Origin: a bacterium
GTDB lineage: Bacteria > UBA8248
Length of the DNA stretch: 64,000 bases
Reading direction: 5' to 3'
NCBI GenBank assembly: GCA_965207065.1
Contig: OZ242260.1
Span: 4,352,001 to 4,416,000, forward strand
Each line of letters starts with the position of its first letter. Position 1 is the stretch's first letter. A program made the position numbers and the translations under genes. The notes beneath the pieces are model-generated. The model ran no database searches, was not told the DNA's origin, and saw only the letters and a list, made by a program, of their open reading frames with translations. Below are positions 41,801-52,857 of this stretch, piece by piece.

Positions 41801-42734
41801 AAAGGCAAAATTAAAATCATTCTGGAACATACGAACGTCGAAAGATTTGTCACGCCTGCTCGGTGTAAAAGAAGAAATCTTAAACAAGATTTCGCAATCA
41901 GCACATTTGATGTACCGATCGCGAAATGAGCCTAAGAAAACTGGAGGGACTAGGCCAATAGACAGTCCTAGTAGTCATCTAAAATGGATACAATCAAAGA
42001 TTAACAAGTGTTTATTGCAAAGAACTCGCGTCCATAAATCTGCAATGGGAGGTATCCGCGGTAAAAGATTGAAAGACAATGCGGAAAAACATGTAGGAAA
42101 AAATTTAGTTGGCAAATTCGATTTAGAAAATTACTTTACTAACATTTCTCATAAGCAAGTCTATAATCGATTTTGCTCTATGGGGTGCTCCCCAGATGTG
42201 GCTAGAATTCTCACTAAACTAACAACATATAAAGGAAGAATTCCCCAAGGAGCGCCAACAAGTACTATGCTTGCGAATTTAGTAGCTGCTTATGCAAGAG
42301 ACAATCATAGTTTCAATGCAAGGATTGATTCGCTGGCTAGAAAACGTAATGCAACCGCTACTACCTGGGTTGATGATGTCACAATCTCGGGCCCATGTTA
42401 TATCCAAAAAGAAGCCAATACTTTCGAGAAAATTGCCAGGCAAAGTGGTTTCATTCCAAACACTGATAAAAATGAATTCATAAACAGCAACCAGCAACAA
42501 TTCGTCACTGGGGCAGTTGTCAATCAAAAAGTAAGCGCCTCAAAAGACTACAGAAAAGCTATACGAGCCGAACTCCATCAACTAAAAGTCCATGGTCCAA
42601 GCAACATTTGCAAAGAACCAATCAAAAAAGTAAAGGCGAAGCTTCGGAGCAAAATTGCACATGTAGACAATCTGAACCACGAACAAGGTGAAAAACTTCT
42701 AAAAGAATTCAACGCTATCGACTGGGACTCTTAA
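41787..42734 (+). CDS. Retron-type reverse transcriptase
   Basis: PKKTGGTRPI, LKWIQ, NAEKH (region X NAxxH), FDLENYF, IPQGAPTS, WVDD, FVTGAVVN (region Y VTG); 315 aa with no fused domain. Confidence 0.93.
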   Translation: MPGNKKAKLKSFWNIRTSKDLSRLLGVKEEILNKISQSAHLMYRSRNEPKKTGGTRPIDSPSSHLKWIQSKINKCLLQRTRVHKSAMGGIRGKRLKDNAEKHVGKNLVGKFDLENYFTNISHKQVYNRFCSMGCSPDVARILTKLTTYKGRIPQGAPTSTMLANLVAAYARDNHSFNARIDSLARKRNATATTWVDDVTISGPCYIQKEANTFEKIARQSGFIPNTDKNEFINSNQQQFVTGAVVNQKVSASKDYRKAIRAELHQLKVHGPSNICKEPIKKVKAKLRSKIAHVDNLNHEQGEKLLKEFNAIDWDS

Positions 42735-42813
42735 AAGTCGCCAAACATAAGAAATATCTAAACAAAAACACTGAGAAACTTAAAAAAACTAACTCCTCCA
42801 ATCAGAAAAATCC

Positions 42814-43170
42814 CTACCCAACCTCCTCCAGCCTGGCCGCATCCATCACCGGTCTTATGGGGTATTGGCCCCGCAGGAGTTCGGCGAGAAAACCCAGGTG
42901 TTCGGCGAGGGCCGACATGTGCGCGGCGGCGTAGCGGGCGGATAGCGCACCGGCCTCTTGCGCCAGGGCTTCGCGCGCATCTGTGGCGGGAGCCTCCTGG
43001 GCGGCCAGGGCGTTAAAGGCATCAAGCAGGGCGCAGATGTCTTCATGCGCTCCCGCATATTCCGTCTTCAGCGCATAGGGGCTTCTCAGGATGAGGTGCA
43101 CGGGGTTTTGCGTGTTCGATGACTGATCGAGCATGCAGCGGCTTCGTCTCTGGTCGTAGTTTTCGGGCAT
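42814..43170 (-). CDS. Hypothetical protein
   Basis: ATG 43170 with GAGG SD directly downstream of the MBL gene; host-like GC. Confidence 0.5.
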   Translation of the reverse strand: MPENYDQRRSRCMLDQSSNTQNPVHLILRSPYALKTEYAGAHEDICALLDAFNALAAQEAPATDAREALAQEAGALSARYAAAHMSALAEHLGFLAELLRGQYPIRPVMDAARLEEVG

Positions 43171-43178
43171 CGTCCTCT

Positions 43179-44093
43179 TCAACCTCCCCGCGCGTCGTGG
43201 AGCGATATCCCCTGCTCGCCACGGCCTTTGAACTCGTTGTAGAGCTTCATCACGGCCTGCTCGACGCGGTCGGGCTTCATCCACTCCGTATACCTGCCCA
43301 GAGGAATCTCGCGCGCGGCGCGCTTGGCGGGCACACCTTTTTCGAAGCGTTTTTTCGCCTCCCGGCGCACGAGCCGGAGGTAGCTTAAAGTTTTCTCGAG
43401 CGCGCGCTTATCCCCAGGCGGCCCGTGCCCCGGAACAATAGTATCGACCGAAAAAGTTTTGAGTATCTTGTCCGCGATCCGTATCCACCCGCCGATATGG
43501 GCGTCGAAGGTGGCGGGCGTAACGTAGTGAAAGCAGATATCGCCTGTGAAGAGAACACGCTCCTCAGGCAGATAGACGACTGTGTCGCCTTTAGAATGCG
43601 CGTGGCCCAGGTGGTGGAGTTCCACGACGCGCTTGCCCAGGCGAAGCGTCATACCGCCCTCGTAGGTGACGTCGGGAAAGCGTGGCTTAAGCCTTTTGAG
43701 TTCGCCTGCGTATTCGGGGTTCACGCCCCGGTAGTGCGCGAGGTCGAGCCCCGTCTCTATCATCCGCTCGCGCATGTAGCGGTGCGCGATGACGGGGATG
43801 TCCTTATCGAACCATGTAAGCCCCAGGGTGTGATCCGCATGGTGGTGGGTGCAGACGATTTTGCGCACCGGCTTTCGGGTCGCCTTTCGGATCGATTCCT
43901 GAAAAGCCTGCGTCATGGGCCGCACGTACAGAGAATCGATGACCAAGGCCTCGCTGTCCCCCACGATGAGGCCTGCGTTCGAGACGTTCAGCCCGCCCCC
44001 CTGAATGTAGGCGTAGACGCCCGGGGCCATGCGCTGAAGCCCCGTCTTCCAGCTTGCGGGTATTTTCCGGGTCTCGACCATACGTACCTCCAT
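43179..44093 (-). CDS. MBL-fold metallo-hydrolase (cyclase-like)
   Basis: THHHADH, HSKGD, FTGD and VPGHG. Confidence 0.9.
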   Translation of the reverse strand: MEVRMVETRKIPASWKTGLQRMAPGVYAYIQGGGLNVSNAGLIVGDSEALVIDSLYVRPMTQAFQESIRKATRKPVRKIVCTHHHADHTLGLTWFDKDIPVIAHRYMRERMIETGLDLAHYRGVNPEYAGELKRLKPRFPDVTYEGGMTLRLGKRVVELHHLGHAHSKGDTVVYLPEERVLFTGDICFHYVTPATFDAHIGGWIRIADKILKTFSVDTIVPGHGPPGDKRALEKTLSYLRLVRREAKKRFEKGVPAKRAAREIPLGRYTEWMKPDRVEQAVMKLYNEFKGRGEQGISLHDARGG

Positions 44094-44205
44094 TTCGGGT
44101 AATCCATTCTACACGATGGGAGCAATTGACCACACGCCCCCGAACGGGCGACATTAGCGCGAATTCAAAGCTTAAGTTTCAGCCGTTCACGCAAAGGGGG
44201 AGCAA

Positions 44206-44616
44206 ATGCAATTATCGTTCGATCATGTGCACATCATCTGCAAGGATTTGGGAAAGATGGTTGCCTTCTTTGAAGACATCTTCGGCGGCGAGGTCATTTA
44301 CCAGGAAGATAATTTCCATGGCGCGCCCAACGCCGTCGTCCGCGTCGGCGAGGCAAGGCTTTTCCTGAGAGGCGTGCGGCCGGGTGAGCGCATCGGGGAA
44401 AACCACCAAGAAGCCGTGATGGGGCTCGACCATTTCTCATTCGCCGTGGACGACATCCACGGACTCGCCGCGCAGATGAAAGAAGCGGGCGCGGACTTTA
44501 TCCGCGACCCTTCTCCTTCGGGCATGGGGGGCAGGACGACGGCCTACATCCGGGGACCCGAGGACGTGCGGATAGAGCTTTCAGAACGCGCGGGAGAGAC
44601 CTACGGAGACGGTTGA
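44206..44616 (+). CDS. VOC/glyoxalase family protein
   Basis: FDHVHI, LDHFSFAVDD and GPEDVRIEL. Confidence 0.88.
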   Translation: MQLSFDHVHIICKDLGKMVAFFEDIFGGEVIYQEDNFHGAPNAVVRVGEARLFLRGVRPGERIGENHQEAVMGLDHFSFAVDDIHGLAAQMKEAGADFIRDPSPSGMGGRTTAYIRGPEDVRIELSERAGETYGDG

Positions 44617-44642
44617 AGCGCCCTCCCCCTTCCGGGCCAAAC

Positions 44643-44671
44643 AAAAACCCCCGGGCGTCAAACCCGGGGGT
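44643..44671 (-). terminator. Terminator hairpin between convergent genes
   Basis: AAAAA-CCCCCGGG-CGTCAAA-CCCGGGGG; U-tract on the minus strand. Confidence 0.75.
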
Positions 44672-44693
44672 GTAATGTTCCGAAGTGTAGTCG

Positions 44694-45839
44694 TTATTTG
44701 TGGTCGTAGCGCGCGGGCAGGCCGTTGCCGTTGAACTCGGCATGGTCGCTCGCGCGCAGGTCGCCCGCGATGAACTCGTCGATCATGATCCGCGAGACGG
44801 AATCGGGCACCTGCACCGGGGGGTGTTTCATCAGATAGGCGCTCACCGGGTAGAGCGGGCCCGCCTCGCCCCTGTCGCGGGCGATGCGCGCGAGGCGAAT
44901 CGCGTCGATGACGACGCCGCCCGAGTTTGGAGAATCCTCCACCGAGAGGCGCGCCTCGATCTCGAGCGGCACGCCGCCGAAGCCCTCCGCCTCGATTCTC
45001 AGGAAACAAATCTTGTTGTCGTCCTGCCAGGGCACGTAGTCAGACGGGCCGATGTGGATGTTGTCCGAATCCAGGGGTTCGGGAAGCTGACTCTGCACGG
45101 CGTCCGTTTTCGATATTTTCTTTGATTTGAGACGTGAACGCTCCAGCATGTTCAGAAAATCGGTGTTTCCCCCCGTGTTCAACTGGTAGGTGCGCTTCAG
45201 CTTCACGCCCCTGTCCGCGCACAGCCTGGCGAGCGTGCGGTGGAGTATTGTGGCGCCGAGCTGGGCCTTCACGTCGTCTCCCACTACCGGTATGCCCGCA
45301 TCGGTGAAACGGCCCGCCCATTCGGGGTCAGACACGATGAAGACCGGCATGCAGTTAATGAAGGAAACGCCCGCCGCAAGGGACGCTTCCGCGTAATGGC
45401 GCGCCGCCTGCTCCGAGCCCACCGGCATGAAGTTCAATAAAATTTCCGCGCCGCTCTCTCGAAGCTCCGCCGCCACGTCGCAGGGTTCGGCCTCAGCGGG
45501 GAGAAAAGAGCGATCGGAAGCGTATTCCGCCATGTGGGACGCCACGCCGTCCAGGATGGGCCCCATCAGCACGTTCACGCCGTAGTCGGGCAGGTTCTCC
45601 CAGATGGTTTTCGTGCAGTTGGGCTTGGCGAAGGCCGCTACATGAAGCGGCTGCCCCACCTTGCGGACGTCGATGTCGAAAGCCGCCACAACCTCGATGT
45701 CCTCCGGCTCGTAGCCGCCCAGTTCCCGGTGCATGAGACCCAATTCCTCTTCGGGATGGTGGCGGTAATACTCGATGCCCTGGAGCAGGGAACTTGCGCA
45801 GTTCCCCACGCCGGCGATGGCGATGCGAATCGGCGACAT
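44694..45839 (-). CDS. ino1: Myo-inositol-1-phosphate synthase
   Basis: GVGNCASSL, GDDVKAQLGAT, GGNTDFLNM and DSPNSGG. Confidence 0.93.
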   Translation of the reverse strand: MSPIRIAIAGVGNCASSLLQGIEYYRHHPEEELGLMHRELGGYEPEDIEVVAAFDIDVRKVGQPLHVAAFAKPNCTKTIWENLPDYGVNVLMGPILDGVASHMAEYASDRSFLPAEAEPCDVAAELRESGAEILLNFMPVGSEQAARHYAEASLAAGVSFINCMPVFIVSDPEWAGRFTDAGIPVVGDDVKAQLGATILHRTLARLCADRGVKLKRTYQLNTGGNTDFLNMLERSRLKSKKISKTDAVQSQLPEPLDSDNIHIGPSDYVPWQDDNKICFLRIEAEGFGGVPLEIEARLSVEDSPNSGGVVIDAIRLARIARDRGEAGPLYPVSAYLMKHPPVQVPDSVSRIMIDEFIAGDLRASDHAEFNGNGLPARYDHK

Positions 45840-46074
45840 ATATGCGTTTCCTTTCCTGCCTTTGCAGTGGCTGCGGCCTCAAGAGGCGGAACCGAAGTCA
45901 GGTCCACCGGTCGGATTTCTCGCCGCAGGCCACGCATGTGCGGATTTAATTTCAGGTCAATCGGTGCGAACGCTTACGTCCACAGAAAGGCGACTATATC
46001 CCAAAATTCACATTTTCTCCAAGAGAGGAGGAGAGAAAATGATTCCGGGCGGCCTCAGGGCGGGAAAGCCGGCT

Positions 46075-47073
<999 letters not shown>

Positions 47074-47181
47074 GGATAACCTCCGGATTGCGGGCTAAGC
47101 CTCAAAGAGCAAAGTAGAAGATAGGCGATTATAAGGACTCGCAAATCAGGTTGTCCAGTCGACCGCGGAAATCCCCGGAAA

Positions 47182-47823
47182 TTATCCGCCCGAAAGTGAT
47201 TCGCGCCCATGCGGGCAGCCTTTCAGGATCGTGCAATCCGCGCAAAGGGGCTTTCTCGCCGAACAGCAGTTTCTCCCGTGATGGATCAGGAGAAGCGTGA
47301 CGCGGCCCCACCATTTCTTCGGCACGGCGTCCAGAAGCTGAAACTCGGCCTTCACCGGGTCTCGCGTCGATATCCAGCCCAGCCGGTTGGCGGTGCGAAG
47401 AACGTGCGTATCCACTGCGATGGCGGGCTCCCCGTATACCTCGTTCAAGACGACGTTCGCCGTCTTGCGCCCCACACCGGGGAGACTCACCAAATGCTCC
47501 ATCTCGGCGGGCACCTCGCCGCTGAATTCATCGGCGAGGCGGCGGCAGCACGCGCGGATGGACTTCGCCTTCTGGCGGTAGAAGCCGCACGAATGGATTA
47601 ACTTCTCGAGTTCGGCAGGCTCGGCCTCCGCAAACGAGGCGGCGTCGGGGTAACGTGCGAAAAGAGCGGGGGTCACCATGTTCACCCGCTCATCGGTGCA
47701 CTGGGCGGAGAGCATCGTCGCCACGAGCAGTTCGAGGGAGTTTCGGTAGTTGAGCGCACAACGCGCATCGGGGTAGGTCTGCTCCAGTATGCGTAGCAGA
47801 CGCCCGGGCGAGGATGTGGGCAT
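47182..47823 (-). CDS. nth: Endonuclease III
   Basis: LSAQCTD, LPGVGRKTANV, VDTH and C-terminal 4Fe-4S cysteines. Confidence 0.95.
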   Translation of the reverse strand: MPTSSPGRLLRILEQTYPDARCALNYRNSLELLVATMLSAQCTDERVNMVTPALFARYPDAASFAEAEPAELEKLIHSCGFYRQKAKSIRACCRRLADEFSGEVPAEMEHLVSLPGVGRKTANVVLNEVYGEPAIAVDTHVLRTANRLGWISTRDPVKAEFQLLDAVPKKWWGRVTLLLIHHGRNCCSARKPLCADCTILKGCPHGRESLSGG

Positions 47824-47983
47824 CGGGTCTCCGTTTCATTCAAGAACAGGCGTTTCGCCCGCTCCCGCAGGACGCGGCGGCCATGCGGGACATCGTTCTT
47901 TTCATGGGCGGTGATTCGGACTAGAATAGCGAACCTGATTCATATCGCCTACCGCATCGAGACAGACAAAGGAGAACGAACCG

Positions 47984-48223
47984 ATGGCCGACCCAAAAGT
48001 GGCCCAGAAAGCGCCCTATATCTATAAACCGGAAAAAGACGAGAAAGTCGCCTGGTGCGCCTGCGGCCTGAGCAAATCGCAGCCTTTCTGCGACGGCTCG
48101 CACAAGGGATCGGAGTTCCGCCCCATCGTTCTCGACGTGCAGGCGGGGAAACCTTGCGCCTTTTGCGGCTGCAAGCAGACGGGCAACGCGCCCATGTGCG
48201 ACGGCACGCACTCCATGCTATAG
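47984..48223 (+). CDS. CDGSH iron-sulfur domain protein (two motifs)
   Basis: WCACGLSKSQPFCDGSH and CGCKQT..PMCDGTH. Confidence 0.92.
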   Translation: MADPKVAQKAPYIYKPEKDEKVAWCACGLSKSQPFCDGSHKGSEFRPIVLDVQAGKPCAFCGCKQTGNAPMCDGTHSML

Positions 48224-48253
48224 GTGTTAGGCTCATAAGCGGTTGATGAATAT

Positions 48254-48329
48254 GCGCGTGTAGCTCAGAGGATAGAGCGCCTGCCTCCGGAGCAGGAAGT
48301 CGCAGGTTCGACTCCTGCCACGCGCACCA
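48254..48329 (+). tRNA. tRNA-Arg (CCG)
   Basis: GCGCGTG/CACGCGC acceptor stem, CCTGC-CTCCGGA-GCAGG anticodon arm, GGTTCGACTCC T-arm, encoded CCA. Confidence 0.96.
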
Positions 48330-48563
48330 AGTTTACTATTCCCTCTCACCACTCCTAAATGCATTAATAATCAATTTATTCAATAGGTTAGACTGCATAT
48401 TGCAAGCCCTATAGCATTGAGGATTTCCTTCCTTCTCCCTTTTCGACAGATGCAGTTCGCCGATGCAGAAAACCACCAAACCGGCATCTGTTCCCCGAAC
48501 GATTTTTTTTTGCCTGAGCGGGCGGCGGTGCTAGAATATGGGGTCGGTTTTGTTCGAGGAGGA

Positions 48564-49154
48564 ATGAAAATGAAGAATGCCGAGCTTGTCGAATCGAACG
48601 GGACTGCCGCCGCCCGGACGCCGGAGGGAAAAGCGATCTTCTGGGATCGGAAATTCCAGGCGTCGTACAAATCTACGATTGAAGCCGCCTGGAGGTGTGG
48701 ACGCGCACTGCTGGAAGTGAGAAAGAAACAAGCGCACGGACAATGGATGAACTGGCTCCAAAACGTCGGAATCAGCTACACGAGGGCGAGCCGGTGCATG
48801 GCCCTGGCAGGTGTTGAACTGTCGCGCGTACTCAATTTTCCCACGATGACCCAGGCGCTTGCTGCCGTTTCATCCGTACCGAGATTCACAGACTTCCAAT
48901 CCCCGGAGAAAGAAAAAGCGCGCATCAAGAAGGCTCCCACTCCACTCAAGAAGCCGAAAGTTCCCACTCGCGAGGAATTCGAGCAACTCCGGGCGCGGGT
49001 GAACGAACTCGAATCCAGTGAGAAAAACCTGCGCGGCGAACTGAAGCGATCGAAACTGGCCGTCAACCGGTACAAGAAAGCTCTGGACGAGAAGAACAGG
49101 CGCATCGAAGAGCTGGAAGCGAATCTTGCGCATACAAATGGCCACTTCGAGTAG
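48564..49154 (+). CDS. DUF3102-like phage-associated protein with C-terminal coiled coil
   Basis: AWRCGRALLEVRK..AHGQW.NWL...GISY..A.R.M pattern; GAGGAGG SD. Confidence 0.65.
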   Translation: MKMKNAELVESNGTAAARTPEGKAIFWDRKFQASYKSTIEAAWRCGRALLEVRKKQAHGQWMNWLQNVGISYTRASRCMALAGVELSRVLNFPTMTQALAAVSSVPRFTDFQSPEKEKARIKKAPTPLKKPKVPTREEFEQLRARVNELESSEKNLRGELKRSKLAVNRYKKALDEKNRRIEELEANLAHTNGHFE

Positions 49155-49308
49155 GCACGCAAGGCGGCTTCCCGCGCCCAGGCGAACCGACCGCTGGAGC
49201 GAGCAAAGTCTTCTCCTACATTCCGCCCGATGGACAATTCCCCCTTGACCGCCGGGGGCCATGCGGATAGGTTGACCCCCAAAGCATCCAACCAGCGGAG
49301 AGGGTCCG

Positions 49309-50202
49309 GTGTTCGGCGAATACATCGACAGCCACAACCACATGCACGCCCTGAACTGGGACGAGTGGGAACTGCTCGGCACGACGGGCATGCGCGCGGC
49401 GGTGCTCTCCTGCGGCAACCCCCACCTCTACCGAGAGGTGTGGGAGGAAGCGCCGGGTTACGACGACATCATGCGCTTCTGGGAAGGCCCCCTCGATATG
49501 GTCCGGGCGCTCGAGGCGCAGCACTTCATCCAAATCAGTTGCGCGGTCGGCATCAGCTCGATGACACGGGTGACCGACTGGGAAAAGCTGCTCGAGGAGA
49601 TGCCCGGTTTTCTCGAAGACGAAAGCATTGTCGCCCTGGGCGAAATCGGCCTGGACCCCACGCAGTATTTCTCTCTCACCTGGCCGATGGAAGAACAAGC
49701 CGCGTGTCTCGAAGCGCAGGCGGAGCTTGCGAAAAAATACGATAAACCCATCATCCTACATACGCCGACGCCCAAGAAGAGCAAGGATTTTCTTGGCGAC
49801 GTCGCCGTGCAGGCGGACGTGCCGCCCGAGCAGATCCGGCTCCACTACATGCAACAAGACCTGGAAATCATCTGCAAGACCGGCTTCGATGAAGCCCGAG
49901 TGGCCGTCGACCACACCGACGCCACGACGGTCGAATACATCCACGAGCACACGCGCGCGATGTGCGCCATCAGCATCGGCAGCGCACTCAGGCCCTTACA
50001 GCCCGCCCAGGTCATCGAGTGGGTGGAGAGGTTCGGGCCGGACCGGATCATGATCAACTCTGACCACCTGGGCTACCGGCCCATCGACATCCTCTCGGTT
50101 CCCAAGACGCTGCGCGCCATGCGGAACGCAGGGTTATCGGAGGAGGCGATCCGCAAGGTATCGTTCGAGAACGCGAGAAAGTTCTATAATCTCACCCTGT
50201 AA
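49309..50202 (+). CDS. TatD-family metal-dependent hydrolase
   Basis: IDSHNH, ALGEIGLD, ILHTP, DH, INSD and ENARKFY. Confidence 0.85.
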   Translation: MFGEYIDSHNHMHALNWDEWELLGTTGMRAAVLSCGNPHLYREVWEEAPGYDDIMRFWEGPLDMVRALEAQHFIQISCAVGISSMTRVTDWEKLLEEMPGFLEDESIVALGEIGLDPTQYFSLTWPMEEQAACLEAQAELAKKYDKPIILHTPTPKKSKDFLGDVAVQADVPPEQIRLHYMQQDLEIICKTGFDEARVAVDHTDATTVEYIHEHTRAMCAISIGSALRPLQPAQVIEWVERFGPDRIMINSDHLGYRPIDILSVPKTLRAMRNAGLSEEAIRKVSFENARKFYNLTL

Positions 50203-50211
50203 GGACACACG

Positions 50212-51243
50212 ATGAACGAAACGCAAGACCCATTCGAGTATTTCTTCGAGATGCCCTGGTCAGACGGACTGCCCGTGGTGACGCCCACGCCCGAACGCCT
50301 CGCCTGGATGCTGGGCGGCACGAGCAGAGACGCAGGCAATGTATTAGGAGACATCCCCCCCGCGCTGAACACGGCGACGGTGGAGAGCGTCGCCCTACAC
50401 GCGCTGATGGCGGGGTGCAAACCCGACTATCTGCCCGTGGTGCTCGGAGCGGTTGAGGCCATGCTTATCGAGCGCTTCAACCTCGTGGGTATTCAGGCCA
50501 CCATGTTCACCGGCGGGCCTTTGCTGATACTGAACGGCCCCTATGCCCGGGAGATCGGCGTCCATGGGGGTTCGGGATGCTTCGGCCCCGGTTTTCGGGC
50601 GAACGCCGCCATCGGCCGCGCAATCAGGCTCATCATGATGAACCTGGGCGGGGGAATCCCCGGCGTCTCTGACATGAGCACCTTCGGCAGTCCATCCAAA
50701 TTCACCTACTGCGTGCGTGAGAACGAGGAACAAAGCCCCTGGGAGCCGATGCCGGGTGATTTCGGCTTCGGCCCGGATGCGGACGTACTCACCGTCTGCA
50801 ACGCCGAGGCGCCTCGCATGGCGATGGACGACGTGAGCGCCAAGCCCGAGGGTGTTCTCACCACGCTCTCGAACACCATGTGCGCGATGGGCGCCACGAC
50901 GGCCTACACGCAGACGAACTGGGTGATCGTCGTCGCCCCCGATCACGCCGACATCCTCGCGAGAGGGGGCCTGAGCCGCGCGGACGTGAAAGGAGAACTC
51001 TTCGAGCGGGCGAGAATGCCCGTGGGCGTCCTCAAAAAAGGCGGGCGCTACCGGGGACCCGAACTCTCGCGCTGGCCGGACTGGGTGGATCACGAAGACG
51101 ACGATTCTCTCGCCCCCATGGTGCACGAACCGGAAGACATACTCCTGATCGTCGCGGGCGGCATCCCCGGCCCGTCTTGCCTCGTTATTCCCGGCTGGAA
51201 CACCTCGAGCCAGGCCATCACGCAAGCCTATCGAACGGATTGA
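50212..51243 (+). CDS. Conserved hypothetical protein (DGLPVV.PT family)
   Basis: WSDGLPVVTPT, MAGCKP and RANAAIGRA motifs. Confidence 0.75.
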   Translation: MNETQDPFEYFFEMPWSDGLPVVTPTPERLAWMLGGTSRDAGNVLGDIPPALNTATVESVALHALMAGCKPDYLPVVLGAVEAMLIERFNLVGIQATMFTGGPLLILNGPYAREIGVHGGSGCFGPGFRANAAIGRAIRLIMMNLGGGIPGVSDMSTFGSPSKFTYCVRENEEQSPWEPMPGDFGFGPDADVLTVCNAEAPRMAMDDVSAKPEGVLTTLSNTMCAMGATTAYTQTNWVIVVAPDHADILARGGLSRADVKGELFERARMPVGVLKKGGRYRGPELSRWPDWVDHEDDDSLAPMVHEPEDILLIVAGGIPGPSCLVIPGWNTSSQAITQAYRTD

Positions 51244-51319
51244 AGACCGTTTTTTCTTCTCGAAAAAGAACGGCCACCAACACGATACCGGTGTCAATTC
51301 CGACTGATGCAGGAGAGCT

Positions 51320-52642
51320 ATGATGGGTGGCGCAGACTCCTCTGGTGGAGACGTGCACCTGGAATCAGACTTCACGTGGCGACGGATGTTCGCCGTTTTC
51401 TGGCGCATCGGGATACTGTCCTTCGGCGGCCCGGCGGCGCAGATAGCGGTCATGCACCGAATCCTGGTCGAGGAGGAAGAGTTGCTCGACGAGGAAAGGT
51501 TCCTGGGCGCGCTCAGTTTCTGCATGCTGCTGCCCGGCCCCGAGGCCATGCAACTCGCCACCTACGCGGGGTGGCGGCTTCGCGGTGTGCCCGGCGGTTT
51601 GCTGGCGGGCCTCTTGTTCGTGGTTCCGGGCGCGTTGGTGGTGCTCGGGCTGGCGATGCTGTACATGGCCGTGGGCCACCTGCCGATAATGGCCGCGCTG
51701 TTTCTGGGGATCAAGGGCGCGGTCCTGATCATCGTGATGGAGGCTTTGCTGAGGGTGGCGAAGAGGGCGCTGCATTCAGCCGTGCACTGGATTATCGCCG
51801 GACTGGCCTTCGTGGCCATCTTCTTTCTCTCGGTCCCGTTCCCTATCCTTATCCTGATATCCGCCCTGGCCGGGTTTTTCCTGCTGGGCGGCCAGAACAC
51901 TGAAAATAGTGAACCCGGGCGGGGTGGCGGGTCGACCTCCGGCACGGTGAGAACGGTTGCCTTGTGGATGGTTGTCTGGTGGACGCCTGTGTTTGTGTTG
52001 ATGGCTGTGGGCGGATACGAGGTTCTGGTGCAGATCGGCAATTTCTTCTCCCGTCTCGCGGTGGTCACGTTCGGCGGCGCCTACGCGGTGCTCGCCTACC
52101 TGGCGCAGGACGTGGTGACCCATAAGGGCTGGATGAGCGCAGGTGAAATGATGGACGGCCTGGGGCTGGCGGAAACCACCCCGGGGCCGCTGATACTGGT
52201 CACGGAGTTCGTCGGCTATGTCGCAGGATACCGGGCGGGCGGCGTGAGCATGGGAATCGCCGGCGCGCTGGTCACGCTCTGGGTCACGTTCGCGCCCTGT
52301 TTCCTGTGGATATTCGCAGGCGCGCCCTATATCGAGCAGCTCACGGCCCAGCCTCGGCTGAAGGGCGCCCTGGAGGCGATTACAGCGGCGGTAGTGGGCG
52401 TCATTCTCAACCTCTCCATCTGGTTCAGTCTGCACGTCCTGTTCGCCGAACTGCCTTCCTTGCAAGTCGGCCCGGTGAAACTCCTGACGCCGGTATGGCA
52501 CTCCCTGGACTGGCGGGTCCTGCTCATCGGCGGCGTAAGCGCGATCATGCTTCTGTGGCGGCACCAGTCTCTCATGAGAACCCTGGGCGTTGCAGCGCTG
52601 ATGGGCGTCGGATTCGCTGCGATGGAGCACTTCTCCGGATAA
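51320..52642 (+). CDS. chrA: Chromate efflux transporter
   Basis: SFGGPAAQI, LPGPEA, TFGGAY and TTPGP. Confidence 0.93.
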   Translation: MMGGADSSGGDVHLESDFTWRRMFAVFWRIGILSFGGPAAQIAVMHRILVEEEELLDEERFLGALSFCMLLPGPEAMQLATYAGWRLRGVPGGLLAGLLFVVPGALVVLGLAMLYMAVGHLPIMAALFLGIKGAVLIIVMEALLRVAKRALHSAVHWIIAGLAFVAIFFLSVPFPILILISALAGFFLLGGQNTENSEPGRGGGSTSGTVRTVALWMVVWWTPVFVLMAVGGYEVLVQIGNFFSRLAVVTFGGAYAVLAYLAQDVVTHKGWMSAGEMMDGLGLAETTPGPLILVTEFVGYVAGYRAGGVSMGIAGALVTLWVTFAPCFLWIFAGAPYIEQLTAQPRLKGALEAITAAVVGVILNLSIWFSLHVLFAELPSLQVGPVKLLTPVWHSLDWRVLLIGGVSAIMLLWRHQSLMRTLGVAALMGVGFAAMEHFSG

Positions 52643-52857
52643 CGGAACAGGGAGATGACGCTGCCGCATGACGACCCGATAATGTGGCGCGCGTGAAGAG
52701 GCCATAGATCATCGAGAAAACAACCTCCCTATCTGGATCATGAGGCGCAAGGCGGCTATAATCGCCGCGTTCACCGATACGACAATCAAAATTTTCAGGG
52801 TGGTCGCTCGCGCCGCCTGCACTCAAACATCTTTGATGAGCCGAGGAGAAAGACCGA

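Noticed and set aside
41787-42734. RT as group II intron, DGR or CRISPR-associated RT
   Set aside because: Short (315 aa), no maturase/endonuclease or Cas1 domain, no TR/VR repeat pair or avd gene, no array; it has retron NAxxH and VTG motifs
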